Of a stretch of 64,000 nucleotides of DNA, positions 20,205 to 28,894 are shown piece by piece; the stretch's first letter is position 1; every line of letters starts with the position of its first letter. The notes under the pieces were generated by a model. The model searched no databases and was not told the origin of the DNA. It saw nothing but the letters and a program-made list of their open reading frames with translations. Source of the stretch: an uncultured Clostridia bacterium (lineage in GTDB: Bacteria > Bacillota > Clostridia > UBA1381); assembly GCA_910585795.1 (NCBI GenBank), contig CAJUFV010000171.1, positions 8,501-72,500 of the forward strand, in the 5' to 3' direction. The position numbers were made by a program, and so were the translations under genes.

Positions 20205-20657
20205 TTTATTTCTCCTTTTCTTATATTAATAATATTAATGCCCATGAAAATATCTGTATGAAAACCAATAAAAACATCCGACCATAAATAAACAAAATAA
20301 ATAATATAAGTTCATTTATATGCGCTTTTTTATTTTTTTACCCATTTGTATATTAAAGCAATAATATTAATCACTGTAACAAACACAGATATTATTATTG
20401 AATACCAAAACGCGATACCACTGCCAATGTAATAATTTTATATATGAATTCATTTTCAAAATCAAGCATTAATACAGTTGAAAGTGACCACCCATATGCA
20501 ATATCATTTAATCCACACAATATCCACAAAATACTATTCTTTATTTTAATCATTTCACATCTCATAAGGCTGAAAAAAATTTGTTCAGATTGCCGCTTTG
20601 CAAACAAGGCGCCGCATGTATATACTTCCTTTGTCAAAAACCAGTTATATGGGCAAA

Positions 20658-21251
20658 TTAATCAGACGAACAAACTAACTCCACTGCTTTTGGTAATATC
20701 TTCCATTCGGCCTGTTCCATAACACGCTTCTGCAATATTTCAGGCGTGTCACCGTCCTCTATATACACAGCCTTCTGCATCAAAATCCGGCCTCCGTCGA
20801 CAACCTCATTAACCATATGCACAGTCGCGCCTGTAACCTTTACTCCATACTCAAGAGCGGCTTCATGAACATGCAGTCCATACATTCCCTTACCGCAGAA
20901 GGACGGAATAAGTGACGGATGAATATTTATAATCCTATCCGCATATTCCTTGAGCAGTTCTCCTCCGCATATCGACATAAAGCCCGCAAGCACAATAATA
21001 TCAACCCGCATTTTTTTCATATAATCACAGATTTGACGGCTGAATTCATCTGTATCACCGCCGCAGTCAGCGTTTTTACGTATAATCTTAGTCGGAATAC
21101 CTGCTTTTTTAGCTCGTTCTAAACCGTACGCGTCAGCATTGTTTGAACATACACATACAATCGTCCCCGATGTTAGCACACTTCCCTGCGAGTCAATAAG
21201 CGCCTGCAAATTAGTACCGCCGCCAGAAATTAAAACCCCGATTTTTTTCAT
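20658..21251 (-). CDS. purN: Phosphoribosylglycinamide formyltransferase
   Basis: [20 protein letters not shown] plus the NIHPSLIPSF motif. Confidence 0.92.
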   Translation of the reverse strand: MKKIGVLISGGGTNLQALIDSQGSVLTSGTIVCVCSNNADAYGLERAKKAGIPTKIIRKNADCGGDTDEFSRQICDYMKKMRVDIIVLAGFMSICGGELLKEYADRIINIHPSLIPSFCGKGMYGLHVHEAALEYGVKVTGATVHMVNEVVDGGRILMQKAVYIEDGDTPEILQKRVMEQAEWKILPKAVELVCSSD

Positions 21252-22315
21252 TATTTTATAACCTCACCTGTCATATCGTCTATTATTTCAACACCTTTTT
21301 CACCATTAACCAATTCGCCGATGATATACGCCTTTTCACCTGAGTTTTCAAGACATTTTACCGCCGCGTCAGCCTTATCGGCATCTACCGCGACAACCAT
21401 ACCAATACCCATGTTAAAGGTATTATACATATCCCGTTCAGGAATATCAGCCTTTTTCCGCATGAGGTCAAAAACAGGAAGAACATTCCATGTACCTTTT
21501 CTGATAACCGCCTTTAACCCGTCCGGAAGCATTCTCGGCACATTTTCAATAAAGCCTCCGCCGGTAATATGCGAAACAGTATTAATACCGATTTCATCAA
21601 TCAGCTTTAAAAGCGGCTTAACATAAATTCTTGTCGGTGTTAAAAGCTCCTCTCCGACTGTTTTGCCAAGCTCATCCGAATATGTATTTAATATTTCCTT
21701 TGCGTTATCGTTATTAAGACCGAATACCTTTCTTACAAGTGAATATCCATTTGAATGAACACCGCTTGAAGCTATGCCTATAAGCATGTTTCCGGCAGAG
21801 GCTTTTTCACCGTCAGTAATTTTGCTTTTTTCAACAATACCTACACTGAATCCGCCGAGGTCGTATTCATCCTCCGGCATAAGGTCAGGATGCTCCGCGG
21901 TTTCGCCGCCCACAAGCGCGCAGCCCGCCAAAACACAGCCATCCGCAACGCCTTTTACTATTTTCGCGACCTTTTCAGGAACATTCTTGCCTATAGCAAG
22001 ATAATCGAGGAAAAACAGTGGCTTTGCGCCGGAGCAAGCGATGTCATTTACACACATTGCGACGCAGTCCTGACCTATTGTGTCATGCTTGTCCATTAAA
22101 AACGCCACTTTTATTTTTGTTCCGACACCATCTGTACCTGAAACAAGCACAGGATTCTCATATCCATTTGGTATCTCAAACAAACCTCCGAAGCCGCCTA
22201 TTCCTCCAAGGACTCCCTCAATTGCCGTCTTTTTTACATCCTCTTTAATAAGTCTTACCGACTCATAGCCTGCCTCAACATCAACCCCCGCCTGCTTGTA
22301 CGCATTCTCACTCAT
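21251..22315 (-). CDS. purM: Phosphoribosylformylglycinamidine cyclo-ligase (AIR synthetase)
   Basis: [29 protein letters not shown] and GLGHSNGYSL-like blocks. Its stop overlaps the purN start. Confidence 0.95.
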   Translation of the reverse strand: MSENAYKQAGVDVEAGYESVRLIKEDVKKTAIEGVLGGIGGFGGLFEIPNGYENPVLVSGTDGVGTKIKVAFLMDKHDTIGQDCVAMCVNDIACSGAKPLFFLDYLAIGKNVPEKVAKIVKGVADGCVLAGCALVGGETAEHPDLMPEDEYDLGGFSVGIVEKSKITDGEKASAGNMLIGIASSGVHSNGYSLVRKVFGLNNDNAKEILNTYSDELGKTVGEELLTPTRIYVKPLLKLIDEIGINTVSHITGGGFIENVPRMLPDGLKAVIRKGTWNVLPVFDLMRKKADIPERDMYNTFNMGIGMVVAVDADKADAAVKCLENSGEKAYIIGELVNGEKGVEIIDDMTGEVIK

Positions 22316-22342
22316 TGCTTTATCTCCTTTTTATTTTTTTAG

Positions 22343-23605
22343 TCAATTATATTTTTTAATACCAATATCGCTTCTGTGAAATTCATCCTTAAACGAAATT
22401 TTATCAACGCCTTTATACGCGTTTTTAATTGCCTCGTCAAGGTCATTTCCCACAGCGGTAACTCCCAGAACTCGTCCGCCATTTGTAACAATTTTGCCGT
22501 CCTTTAACGCGGTACCGGCATGAAATACAGTTAAGTCGCCAACATTGTCAAGACCTGTAATTTCATAGCCCTTTTTATAGCTTACAGGATAACCTCCGGA
22601 TGCCATAACAACACATACCGCCGCGTTATCCTCCCATTCAATTTCTATTTCGTCAAGCCGTTCATCAATAACGGCATCCATAATCTCCACAAGGTCGGTC
22701 TTTAATCTAGGAAGCACAACCTGTGTTTCAGGGTCTCCGAAACGGCAGTTATATTCAATAACCTTGACTCCGTTTTTCGTCATCATAAGCCCAAAGTATA
22801 AAACACCCTTAAACGGTCTGCCCTCCGCGCTCATCGCCTTTATTGTCGGCAGGAAAATATTGTCCATACATTCCTTAGCCTTTTCATCATCATACAAGCG
22901 GCTCGGCGAAAATGTTCCCATACCGCCTGTATTCAAACCCTTATCATTATCATAGGCTCTTTTATGGTCCTGCGCGCTTACCATTGGCTTTACTGTTTTT
23001 CCGTCTGTGAACGCCAGCACGCTAACCTCCGGACCCGTAAGAAATTCTTCGATAACAACACGATTTCCGCTTGCGCCGAACTTTCCGCCGTCAATCATAT
23101 CACGCACAGCGGCTTCCGCTTCTGTTAAATCCTGAGCTATTATAACCCCTTTTCCGAGAGCCAGTCCGTCAGCCTTTATAACAGCAGGAAATGTATTTTT
23201 ATTTTTTATGTATTCAACTGCTGAATTACTGTCTGTAAACACCTCATATTCCGCTGTGGGAATACCGTATTTTTTCATAAGCTCCTTTGAAAATGCCTTG
23301 CTTCCCTCAATAACCGCCGCATTTGCGCGGGGACCGAAAGAACGTATACCCGCGTTTTCCATAGCGTCAACCATACCCATAACCAACGGGTCATCCGGTG
23401 CCACCATCACGAGGTCAACCTCTTTTTCCTTTGCGAATTTAACCATATTATCTATATCTGTCGCGCCAATATCAACACATTCCGCCAATTCCGCAATACC
23501 GCCGTTTCCGGGCGCGCAGTAAATTTTATCAACCTTAGGCGACTGCGCTATTTTCCACACAATCGCATGCTCGCGGCCGCCTCCGCCCACAACTAATATC
23601 TTCAT
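22343..23605 (-). CDS. purD: Phosphoribosylamine--glycine ligase
   Basis: MKILVVGGGGREHAIVWK, ATP-grasp blocks, and FHAGT...TNGGRVLGVTA near the C-terminus. Confidence 0.95.
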   Translation of the reverse strand: MKILVVGGGGREHAIVWKIAQSPKVDKIYCAPGNGGIAELAECVDIGATDIDNMVKFAKEKEVDLVMVAPDDPLVMGMVDAMENAGIRSFGPRANAAVIEGSKAFSKELMKKYGIPTAEYEVFTDSNSAVEYIKNKNTFPAVIKADGLALGKGVIIAQDLTEAEAAVRDMIDGGKFGASGNRVVIEEFLTGPEVSVLAFTDGKTVKPMVSAQDHKRAYDNDKGLNTGGMGTFSPSRLYDDEKAKECMDNIFLPTIKAMSAEGRPFKGVLYFGLMMTKNGVKVIEYNCRFGDPETQVVLPRLKTDLVEIMDAVIDERLDEIEIEWEDNAAVCVVMASGGYPVSYKKGYEITGLDNVGDLTVFHAGTALKDGKIVTNGGRVLGVTAVGNDLDEAIKNAYKGVDKISFKDEFHRSDIGIKKYN

Positions 23606-23744
23606 AATTCTGACCTCCTAATAATTTCTGTTTTCCTCCGCCTCATGGTCTTAAAGCGGCCTTTATTTTTTGATTTAACATATACCTGTACTGAAATCCG
23701 GACTATGTACCAGAGCCGTATTTTTATCCACGCGCTGTTTCGTT

Positions 23745-24002
23745 TTACAAAAATCTGAAAATACCAAACAGCTTGTCTAAAGCCAATATCACAAGCACAG
23801 CTGCGACGGCAATATCAATCCACATCCACAGCTTCTTATCCTTTTTAAAATCCAATACAGCCTCAATACCGACAATCATACCAAGTATAATCAACACTAT
23901 GTTAACCCCTATCGCCGGATTAATAACCTTAAACAGTCCAAGCAGACATATGATTAGTGCTGTTACGGCAATAATTTTCTTCACTAAATTAAGCTTTCTC
24001 AC
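23745..24002 (-). CDS. Small three-TM membrane protein, unknown function
   Basis: 85-aa hydrophobic protein. It overlaps the stop of the upstream GNAT gene by 4 nt. Confidence 0.5.
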   Translation of the reverse strand: MRKLNLVKKIIAVTALIICLLGLFKVINPAIGVNIVLIILGMIVGIEAVLDFKKDKKLWMWIDIAVAAVLVILALDKLFGIFRFL

Positions 24003-24523
24003 ATTATACTCCTTTCAACACAGTATACAAGATGCGGCATATCCATTTTATAGTAATTTTTTACAATTGTTTTTACTATTTTCATACCATTACGCTGAGC
24101 AACCTTTTGCGACGCATAATTATTATCACGGATAATTGAATAAACCTTGTTAAAGCCAAGTACATTAAAAGCATATTCCCTGCACCCCTGCGATGCCTCG
24201 GCAGCATAACCGTTATGCCAATATTTACGCTTAAACAAATATCCGATTTCGGGCACATTTTCATCACCGCAATTCTGCCATGTAATACCGCACTGTCCCA
24301 GAAATACTCCGCTTTCCTTGTCTATAACCGCCCACAAGCCAAAACCGTCATTTTTATATCTGCTTAGCTGACGGTCAAGCCATTCATGAACTTCTTCATC
24401 CGAAAAGGCATGTTCATACGCATACATTGTTTTTTCGTCCTGCAAAATCTCACATAAATCCGCATAGTCATCATATGTCATCTCCCGCAGATAAAGCCGC
24501 CGTACTGCGAGTATTTTCTTCAT
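23999..24523 (-). CDS. GNAT-family N-acetyltransferase (RimJ/RimL-like)
   Basis: 174 aa with LYLREMTYDD, FGLWAVIDKESGVFLGQCG and YWHNGYAAEA blocks typical of Acetyltransf_3/GNAT. Confidence 0.85.
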   Translation of the reverse strand: MKKILAVRRLYLREMTYDDYADLCEILQDEKTMYAYEHAFSDEEVHEWLDRQLSRYKNDGFGLWAVIDKESGVFLGQCGITWQNCGDENVPEIGYLFKRKYWHNGYAAEASQGCREYAFNVLGFNKVYSIIRDNNYASQKVAQRNGMKIVKTIVKNYYKMDMPHLVYCVERSIM

Positions 24524-24589
24524 AACAGTCCCTCCGAAACCTTATTTCACACGCATGCAATGATATTTCCAACCCCCAATACTGATACA

Positions 24590-25087
24590 TTAAATTTCAG
24601 CCGCTAATTCCTTAACCCTTACATTTTTCTTTTCAACACCCTCTGCCATATTCAGCTTCGCCGCTTTCAGGGCGTCCTTTAAATAAGTGTATTTTATCGC
24701 TAGCATCTGCGCGGCAAGAATAGCGGCATTTGTACCGTTATCTATACCAACTGTAGCAACGGGTATTCCCGGCGGCATCTGAACTGTTGCCAGAAGCGCG
24801 TCCATACCGTCAAGCGTTGATTTAATTGGTATGCCGATTACAGGAACTGTTGTATGCGCCGCTATTACTCCGCCAAGATGCGCCGCCATACCTGCCGCGC
24901 AGATTATAACCTCTATCCCTTTCTCTTCAGCGTTCTTTGCGAATTCCGCCGCCTTATCAGGCGTTCTATGTGCGGAAATAACATTCACATCCACATCAAT
25001 GTCAAATTCCTTCAGCTTGGCAATACATCCCTTCAATTTTTCAAAATCAGAATCACTGCCCATTATTAATGCTGCCTTTGGAGTCAT
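24590..25087 (-). CDS. purE: 5-(carboxyamino)imidazole ribonucleotide mutase (PurE)
   Basis: 165 aa with IMGSDSD, SAHRTP, AAGMAAHLGGVIAA and PVIGIP blocks. Confidence 0.95.
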   Translation of the reverse strand: MTPKAALIMGSDSDFEKLKGCIAKLKEFDIDVDVNVISAHRTPDKAAEFAKNAEEKGIEVIICAAGMAAHLGGVIAAHTTVPVIGIPIKSTLDGMDALLATVQMPPGIPVATVGIDNGTNAAILAAQMLAIKYTYLKDALKAAKLNMAEGVEKKNVRVKELAAEI

Positions 25088-25314
25088 TTTTAATCACCTT
25101 TTCCTTTCAACACAATATCCATTTAGACTGAAAGAAAACCGTCCTGCCGATACTATAAAGCCTCTTGCTTCCATAAGCGCAGTCCGCATGAAGAATACCT
25201 CTTAAAAATACCATATATTACAGCGAATACTGTTGTGATATCTGCTGCGTTATACAGGCGCTTTTATTCAGACTAATACATAATAATAGTATCAAAATTT
25301 GACATTATTGTCAA
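25088..25314 (-). promoter_or_regulatory. purE promoter and roughly 190-nt leader with an SD-sequestering helix
   Basis: The minus strand reads TTGACA (25309-25314)-N17-TACTAT (25286-25291). The -35 is part of the perfect palindrome TTGACATTATTGTCAA (25299-25314). Within the leader, ttttcctttca (25099-25109, containing the purE SD complement) can pair with tgaaagaaaa (25129-25138). Confidence 0.4.
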
Positions 25315-25338
25315 CATATATTACACAAAGAAGCACGC

Positions 25339-25376
25339 AAAAAAAGCCTGCCGCCGGAAGAAATCCCGCGGCAGGC
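25339..25376 (-). terminator. Rho-independent terminator ending the phage-like late operon
   Basis: 9-bp GC-rich stem gcctgccgc (25346-25354) / gcggcaggc (25368-25376). On the minus strand it is followed by T7, which is the plus-strand A-run at 25339-25345. Confidence 0.8.
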
Positions 25377-25391
25377 AGAAAAATAAAATTT

Positions 25392-26189
25392 CTACTGAAG
25401 CTTCTGTGCCAGACGGTATATAACAACACAAGTCCATAGCTTTGTATTATCGAGACCAAGACCTTCTCCAGTACCTACAATAATACCATTATCCACACAC
25501 CACTGCACCGCTTCATGCGCCCATTCAGGCATATTACTGTCAATGTAATTATAAATAAACGGATTTTGCACCTTATACATTTCATTCTGCAAGACGTCTA
25601 TTCTCGCCTGTTCGGTAGAAATCATATTTTTAAGCTCCTCATACTGAGACATTGTAAGCTCCTCCTCCATTCTTTTTCCTATTATAGCATCGCAAATTGC
25701 CTGCGCGACTTCGTCCGCTCCCACTTTATGATACAGGTCGGCGTCTGACTGAGTATCAACAAAGCACACCTCTATCAGCATTGACCGCGCATTTGTTTTT
25801 CTTATTACATATAAATGCGAACCGTCTTTTATACCGCGGTTAATAAATCCAAGCTCCGCCATATTTTCACAAACAAGCTCAGCCGCTTCAAAACGCTGAC
25901 CGTTATAGGTATATACCTCTGTACCCCTTCCGCCGCCGCTGTTAAAATGTATCGACACAAACAAATCAAGCGGCTGCGCGTTTGCCTTAGCCACAATCTC
26001 CCTAAGATTTTCACCTACAGTTGGAGCATAATCGCTCGCGCAGTCGACAACTGTGACGCCGTTAGCGCGCAGTTTATCCATAAGTCTGTAACCAACCGCG
26101 CGGGTTTCATCACTTTCATTCAAATAACCAACCGCGCCGCTGCCTACAGTACCGCTTACTGTATGTCCGCAGTTTACTCCCACTATCAT
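25392..26189 (-). CDS. Endolysin: N-acetylmuramoyl-L-alanine amidase (Amidase_3) with a C-terminal putative wall-binding domain
   Basis: Amidase_3 blocks (VGVNCGH, FVSIHFNSGGGRGTEVY, LIEVCFVD). The C-terminal approximately 60 aa (PEWAHEAVQWCVDNGIIVGTGEGLGLDNTKLW) looks SLH-like, but that reading is tentative. Confidence 0.88.
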   Translation of the reverse strand: MIVGVNCGHTVSGTVGSGAVGYLNESDETRAVGYRLMDKLRANGVTVVDCASDYAPTVGENLREIVAKANAQPLDLFVSIHFNSGGGRGTEVYTYNGQRFEAAELVCENMAELGFINRGIKDGSHLYVIRKTNARSMLIEVCFVDTQSDADLYHKVGADEVAQAICDAIIGKRMEEELTMSQYEELKNMISTEQARIDVLQNEMYKVQNPFIYNYIDSNMPEWAHEAVQWCVDNGIIVGTGEGLGLDNTKLWTCVVIYRLAQKLQ

Positions 26190-26230
26190 CTATCTTCACC
26201 CCCGTTTTAATAATATGCCTTACTCTATTA

Positions 26231-26635
26231 TTATGTTACATCATTCCTATCTCTTAACTGAAGCAGTATATTTTTTAGTGAATCCGGCATCCTCGCGGAT
26301 GTGGCCGCGACGTTCTCAAGAATTGATATCCCCTCGTTAGCAAGATAAAACATTATAACTATCTCACGCACTGCCGCCGCACCGCCTGTTATAACCTGAA
26401 TTATATTAGCAAGCGCCACAATTATAAGAATAGTTATTTTTTTCAGTATACCCTTATAACCAGTTTCACTTGACAGTTTTTTTGTATATACCGCTTTAAT
26501 AATCCCCGTAATATAATCCATTGCCATAAGTATTACAAGCGCCCATAGTATGGTGTCCCACTGACCGAATATACCCGCGCATATTCCTCCGGCAACGCCT
26601 ATTAACACGCTTGCCGCATTAAAAATTTTATCCAT
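26231..26635 (-). CDS. Holin (phage_holin_4_1 / TcdE-like family)
   Basis: 134 aa with three TM helices and the MAMDYITGIIKA motif typical of this holin family. It lies directly upstream of the endolysin. Confidence 0.85.
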   Translation of the reverse strand: MDKIFNAASVLIGVAGGICAGIFGQWDTILWALVILMAMDYITGIIKAVYTKKLSSETGYKGILKKITILIIVALANIIQVITGGAAAVREIVIMFYLANEGISILENVAATSARMPDSLKNILLQLRDRNDVT

Positions 26636-28049
26636 TTGTAGCTATTTCCTTTCCGTTTATACATAATCTTCCGTTAGCGTTAACATTTATTGTATTTGCG
26701 CCTATTGTTATATTTTCCGCTGTAAGGTCACCGGTAAAATTCATTTTCCCGTCGGCACCGGTCTCAACCGCGCAGTTGCCGGCATTGTCTCTTATACGGC
26801 AGACAAATTGTCCGTTCTGATTTCCAAGCTGTACCTTAATAATACTTCCATTTGAAATTTTCAGCATATCTGAAAGCAGAGATAGCTCACCGGAATTACC
26901 GGAAAGTCTTATCCCTGAATTTGATATAACGCCGGCCACTGACTGCGCCTTCACAGTTCCATTTGATGTAGATATTTTAGCATAGCGTCTTGTAAGCGTT
27001 CCCATCTGTTCAAGATAAAAAAACAAATCACGCTTTACCCTTCCGATAGAAATAACACTGTTATCACTCTGATACGGATAATATTCGACCTTTATAACAC
27101 GCTCATGTATTTCATTTCCGTTATCAATAACTGTTATGCTGTCGCCTATTTCAGCTTTTTCTGCCGAGCCATACTGCGCAAGCTTAGATATATCTGCAAA
27201 TGTACCGGTTATATTAATACCAGGAACGTCAATACGTTCCTCATTCGTGCTGTCAAATTCCCACAAAGCGCGGCGCATAAGCTTGGACGGCTCCATATAA
27301 TCAGAATAGTCACGGTAACCGTCTCTAACTCCGTAAAGCTCCGCGTTCGCGCTCTGTATATAATGAACACCGCCGTTTACACTGCCGATATGAGCGTCAT
27401 CCTTTCCGTACGGATACAGACGCGTTACCATATCTGTTATATCACGCTCTACATTTATATTGCGCATATTTTTTGTAAGGTCAAGACGTATATGATTATC
27501 TCTGCCGATATGCTCAACAAGAGCCACCTTATAATTATCATTATATATCTCGCCTTTTCCGCAGTTTTCTATAACCGCTTTCATAACATCATACGGATTT
27601 GTCTTGTCCGTCGAAAAAAAATCTATCATAAACCCGTCATAATCAACGCGCTTCATACCAAGACGCGTAAGCTCGCTGTCACTCATAAGCGAAAATCTGC
27701 TTCCTGCAAATACCGCCTCCAATACCTCGCGTGGATTTACGCCAATCATGTCGGGAACATTCTGTATATGAATATTCGGGGCGTCCGAATTATAAATATG
27801 ATGACATTCCGCTTCAAGCATATTATCCTCTCCCCTGCTTCTGGAAACTCTGACAATTCGAAACGCCTGTCCCTCGCATACTATAAGCTTATTCTCTTCT
27901 ATCAGTCCTGATTTCTCATTCAGCGGATGTGAAAACTCAAGCATGTATGTACTGTTTATTTCTCTGGTAACCTTTACTCCGAAAGCATCGGGCAAAACTA
28001 TTCCCTTATTAAACGTCACACTGTTAAAAGGTAAAATTTTAAGCATCAT
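26628..28049 (-). CDS. Tail tip protein (Tal / prophage tail endopeptidase-like)
   Basis: 473 aa. The N-terminus (ILPFNSVTFNKGIVLPDAFGVKVTREINSTYMLEFSHP) matches the siphovirus tail-associated/endopeptidase-tail family. Its position after Dit fits that role. Confidence 0.75.
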   Translation of the reverse strand: MMLKILPFNSVTFNKGIVLPDAFGVKVTREINSTYMLEFSHPLNEKSGLIEENKLIVCEGQAFRIVRVSRSRGEDNMLEAECHHIYNSDAPNIHIQNVPDMIGVNPREVLEAVFAGSRFSLMSDSELTRLGMKRVDYDGFMIDFFSTDKTNPYDVMKAVIENCGKGEIYNDNYKVALVEHIGRDNHIRLDLTKNMRNINVERDITDMVTRLYPYGKDDAHIGSVNGGVHYIQSANAELYGVRDGYRDYSDYMEPSKLMRRALWEFDSTNEERIDVPGINITGTFADISKLAQYGSAEKAEIGDSITVIDNGNEIHERVIKVEYYPYQSDNSVISIGRVKRDLFFYLEQMGTLTRRYAKISTSNGTVKAQSVAGVISNSGIRLSGNSGELSLLSDMLKISNGSIIKVQLGNQNGQFVCRIRDNAGNCAVETGADGKMNFTGDLTAENITIGANTINVNANGRLCINGKEIATNG

Positions 28050-28881
28050 AGTCCCCCCAGTCTATTGTATCAAGATTAACCCCGTAATTAAATTCGGGTG
28101 TATACGAAACATCCAGCTTTACTAAATCACTTGTTGAATTTTCAAAATGCAGAATATTATTCCCCGCAGTAAATTCAAAAAATTCTCCGGTCACTCCGAC
28201 ATTGTTTCCGTTTACAGTCACGCTCTGTTTTTCAAAATCCGCTATACAGCTTCCGCCGCTGTCAAAGGAAATTGTTTTCCCGCCTAATGACAGAATAATA
28301 TTTCTGCCGCCATGTATACGTATGCTCGGACGCGCCGGACGCTCACCAAAGTTCCACACGGCAATATCCGTAGCGCCTGAAACTTCATAATGAACAGTCT
28401 CATCAAGCGAAATCGGAATATTATTGTCCAGCTTTATATCCATATCCAGTACAGGCCCGTCTGTACCGAAAATACACTTTCCAAAAGGACGTACACGCAC
28501 AGAAACCTCCAGCGCCGCATTTTTCCCTCCGTGATTCGGCATATAAATTATTTCATCTGATACTCTTCCATACCATACTGTATGAGGCATATCATCAAAA
28601 ATCAGTTCGCCTTTTCCCATAAGCCATCCGGAAATAAGTGACAGCTTATTCTGGAGCGTATATAAATTATCCTCGCACACATTTATAGTAATAATAAATG
28701 TTCTGTCATAAAAATATTCTCGCCCCGCCTGATTGGCCTCTGAAAAATCATACGCTCCGTCACGGCATGGAATATCAAGGGTATGAACCTTCGCTTCCGG
28801 ACGTATCGGTCTTGATTTTGTCTTTACAGTCACACCGAATTCCGAGGAATGCTTGTCCTTAAATTTAAAACCGTTTCTCAA
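28039..28881 (-). CDS. Distal tail protein (Dit, Sipho_tail family)
   Basis: 280 aa with N-terminal FKFKDKHSSEFGVTVKTKSRPIRPEAKVHTLDIPCRDGAYDF, typical of phage tail component/Dit proteins. It directly follows the tape measure gene. Confidence 0.8.
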   Translation of the reverse strand: MRNGFKFKDKHSSEFGVTVKTKSRPIRPEAKVHTLDIPCRDGAYDFSEANQAGREYFYDRTFIITINVCEDNLYTLQNKLSLISGWLMGKGELIFDDMPHTVWYGRVSDEIIYMPNHGGKNAALEVSVRVRPFGKCIFGTDGPVLDMDIKLDNNIPISLDETVHYEVSGATDIAVWNFGERPARPSIRIHGGRNIILSLGGKTISFDSGGSCIADFEKQSVTVNGNNVGVTGEFFEFTAGNNILHFENSTSDLVKLDVSYTPEFNYGVNLDTIDWGDYDA

Positions 28882-28894
28882 TCAATCACACTCC

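Noticed and set aside
20395-20637. The 80-aa ORF in the purN/PurO-like gap, considered as a bona fide CDS.
   Set aside because: It has no convincing RBS, and its hydrophobic signal continues in a different frame after its stop. I report the region as a finding (possible remnant or micro-ORFs) rather than as a gene.
23606-23744. Possible purine riboswitch in the 139-nt gap upstream of purD. The minus strand contains gcgcgtggataaaaatacgg, which is reminiscent of the UGGAUAUGG box.
   Set aside because: The other conserved segments (UAUAAU junction, GUUUCUACC, CCGUAAA, GACUAUG) are absent, and I could not draw a three-way junction. It needs cmscan, but I do not call it.
25300-25391. Attachment-site direct repeats flanking the phage-like element. 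I compared about 25.30-25.39 kb with about 38.70-38.78 kb.
   Set aside because: I saw no shared core of 10 nt or more, and no tRNA or other typical integration target lies at either edge. This fits with the absence of an integrase, but it would need a proper alignment to exclude short att cores.
27105-27911. Long antisense ORFs in the six-frame track. Examples are 27105-27911 (+, 268 aa) inside the Tal gene, 56120-56911 (+, 263 aa) inside metH, 29491-30036 (+) inside the tape measure gene, 40451-40990 (-) and 40069-40419 (-) opposite purF/ireB, and 45691-46227 (-) opposite the sigma/anti-sigma genes.
   Set aside because: All lie antisense to ORFs with clear family signatures. They have low-complexity or skewed compositions, lack RBSs and do not resemble any family I recognise. 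They are shadow ORFs.
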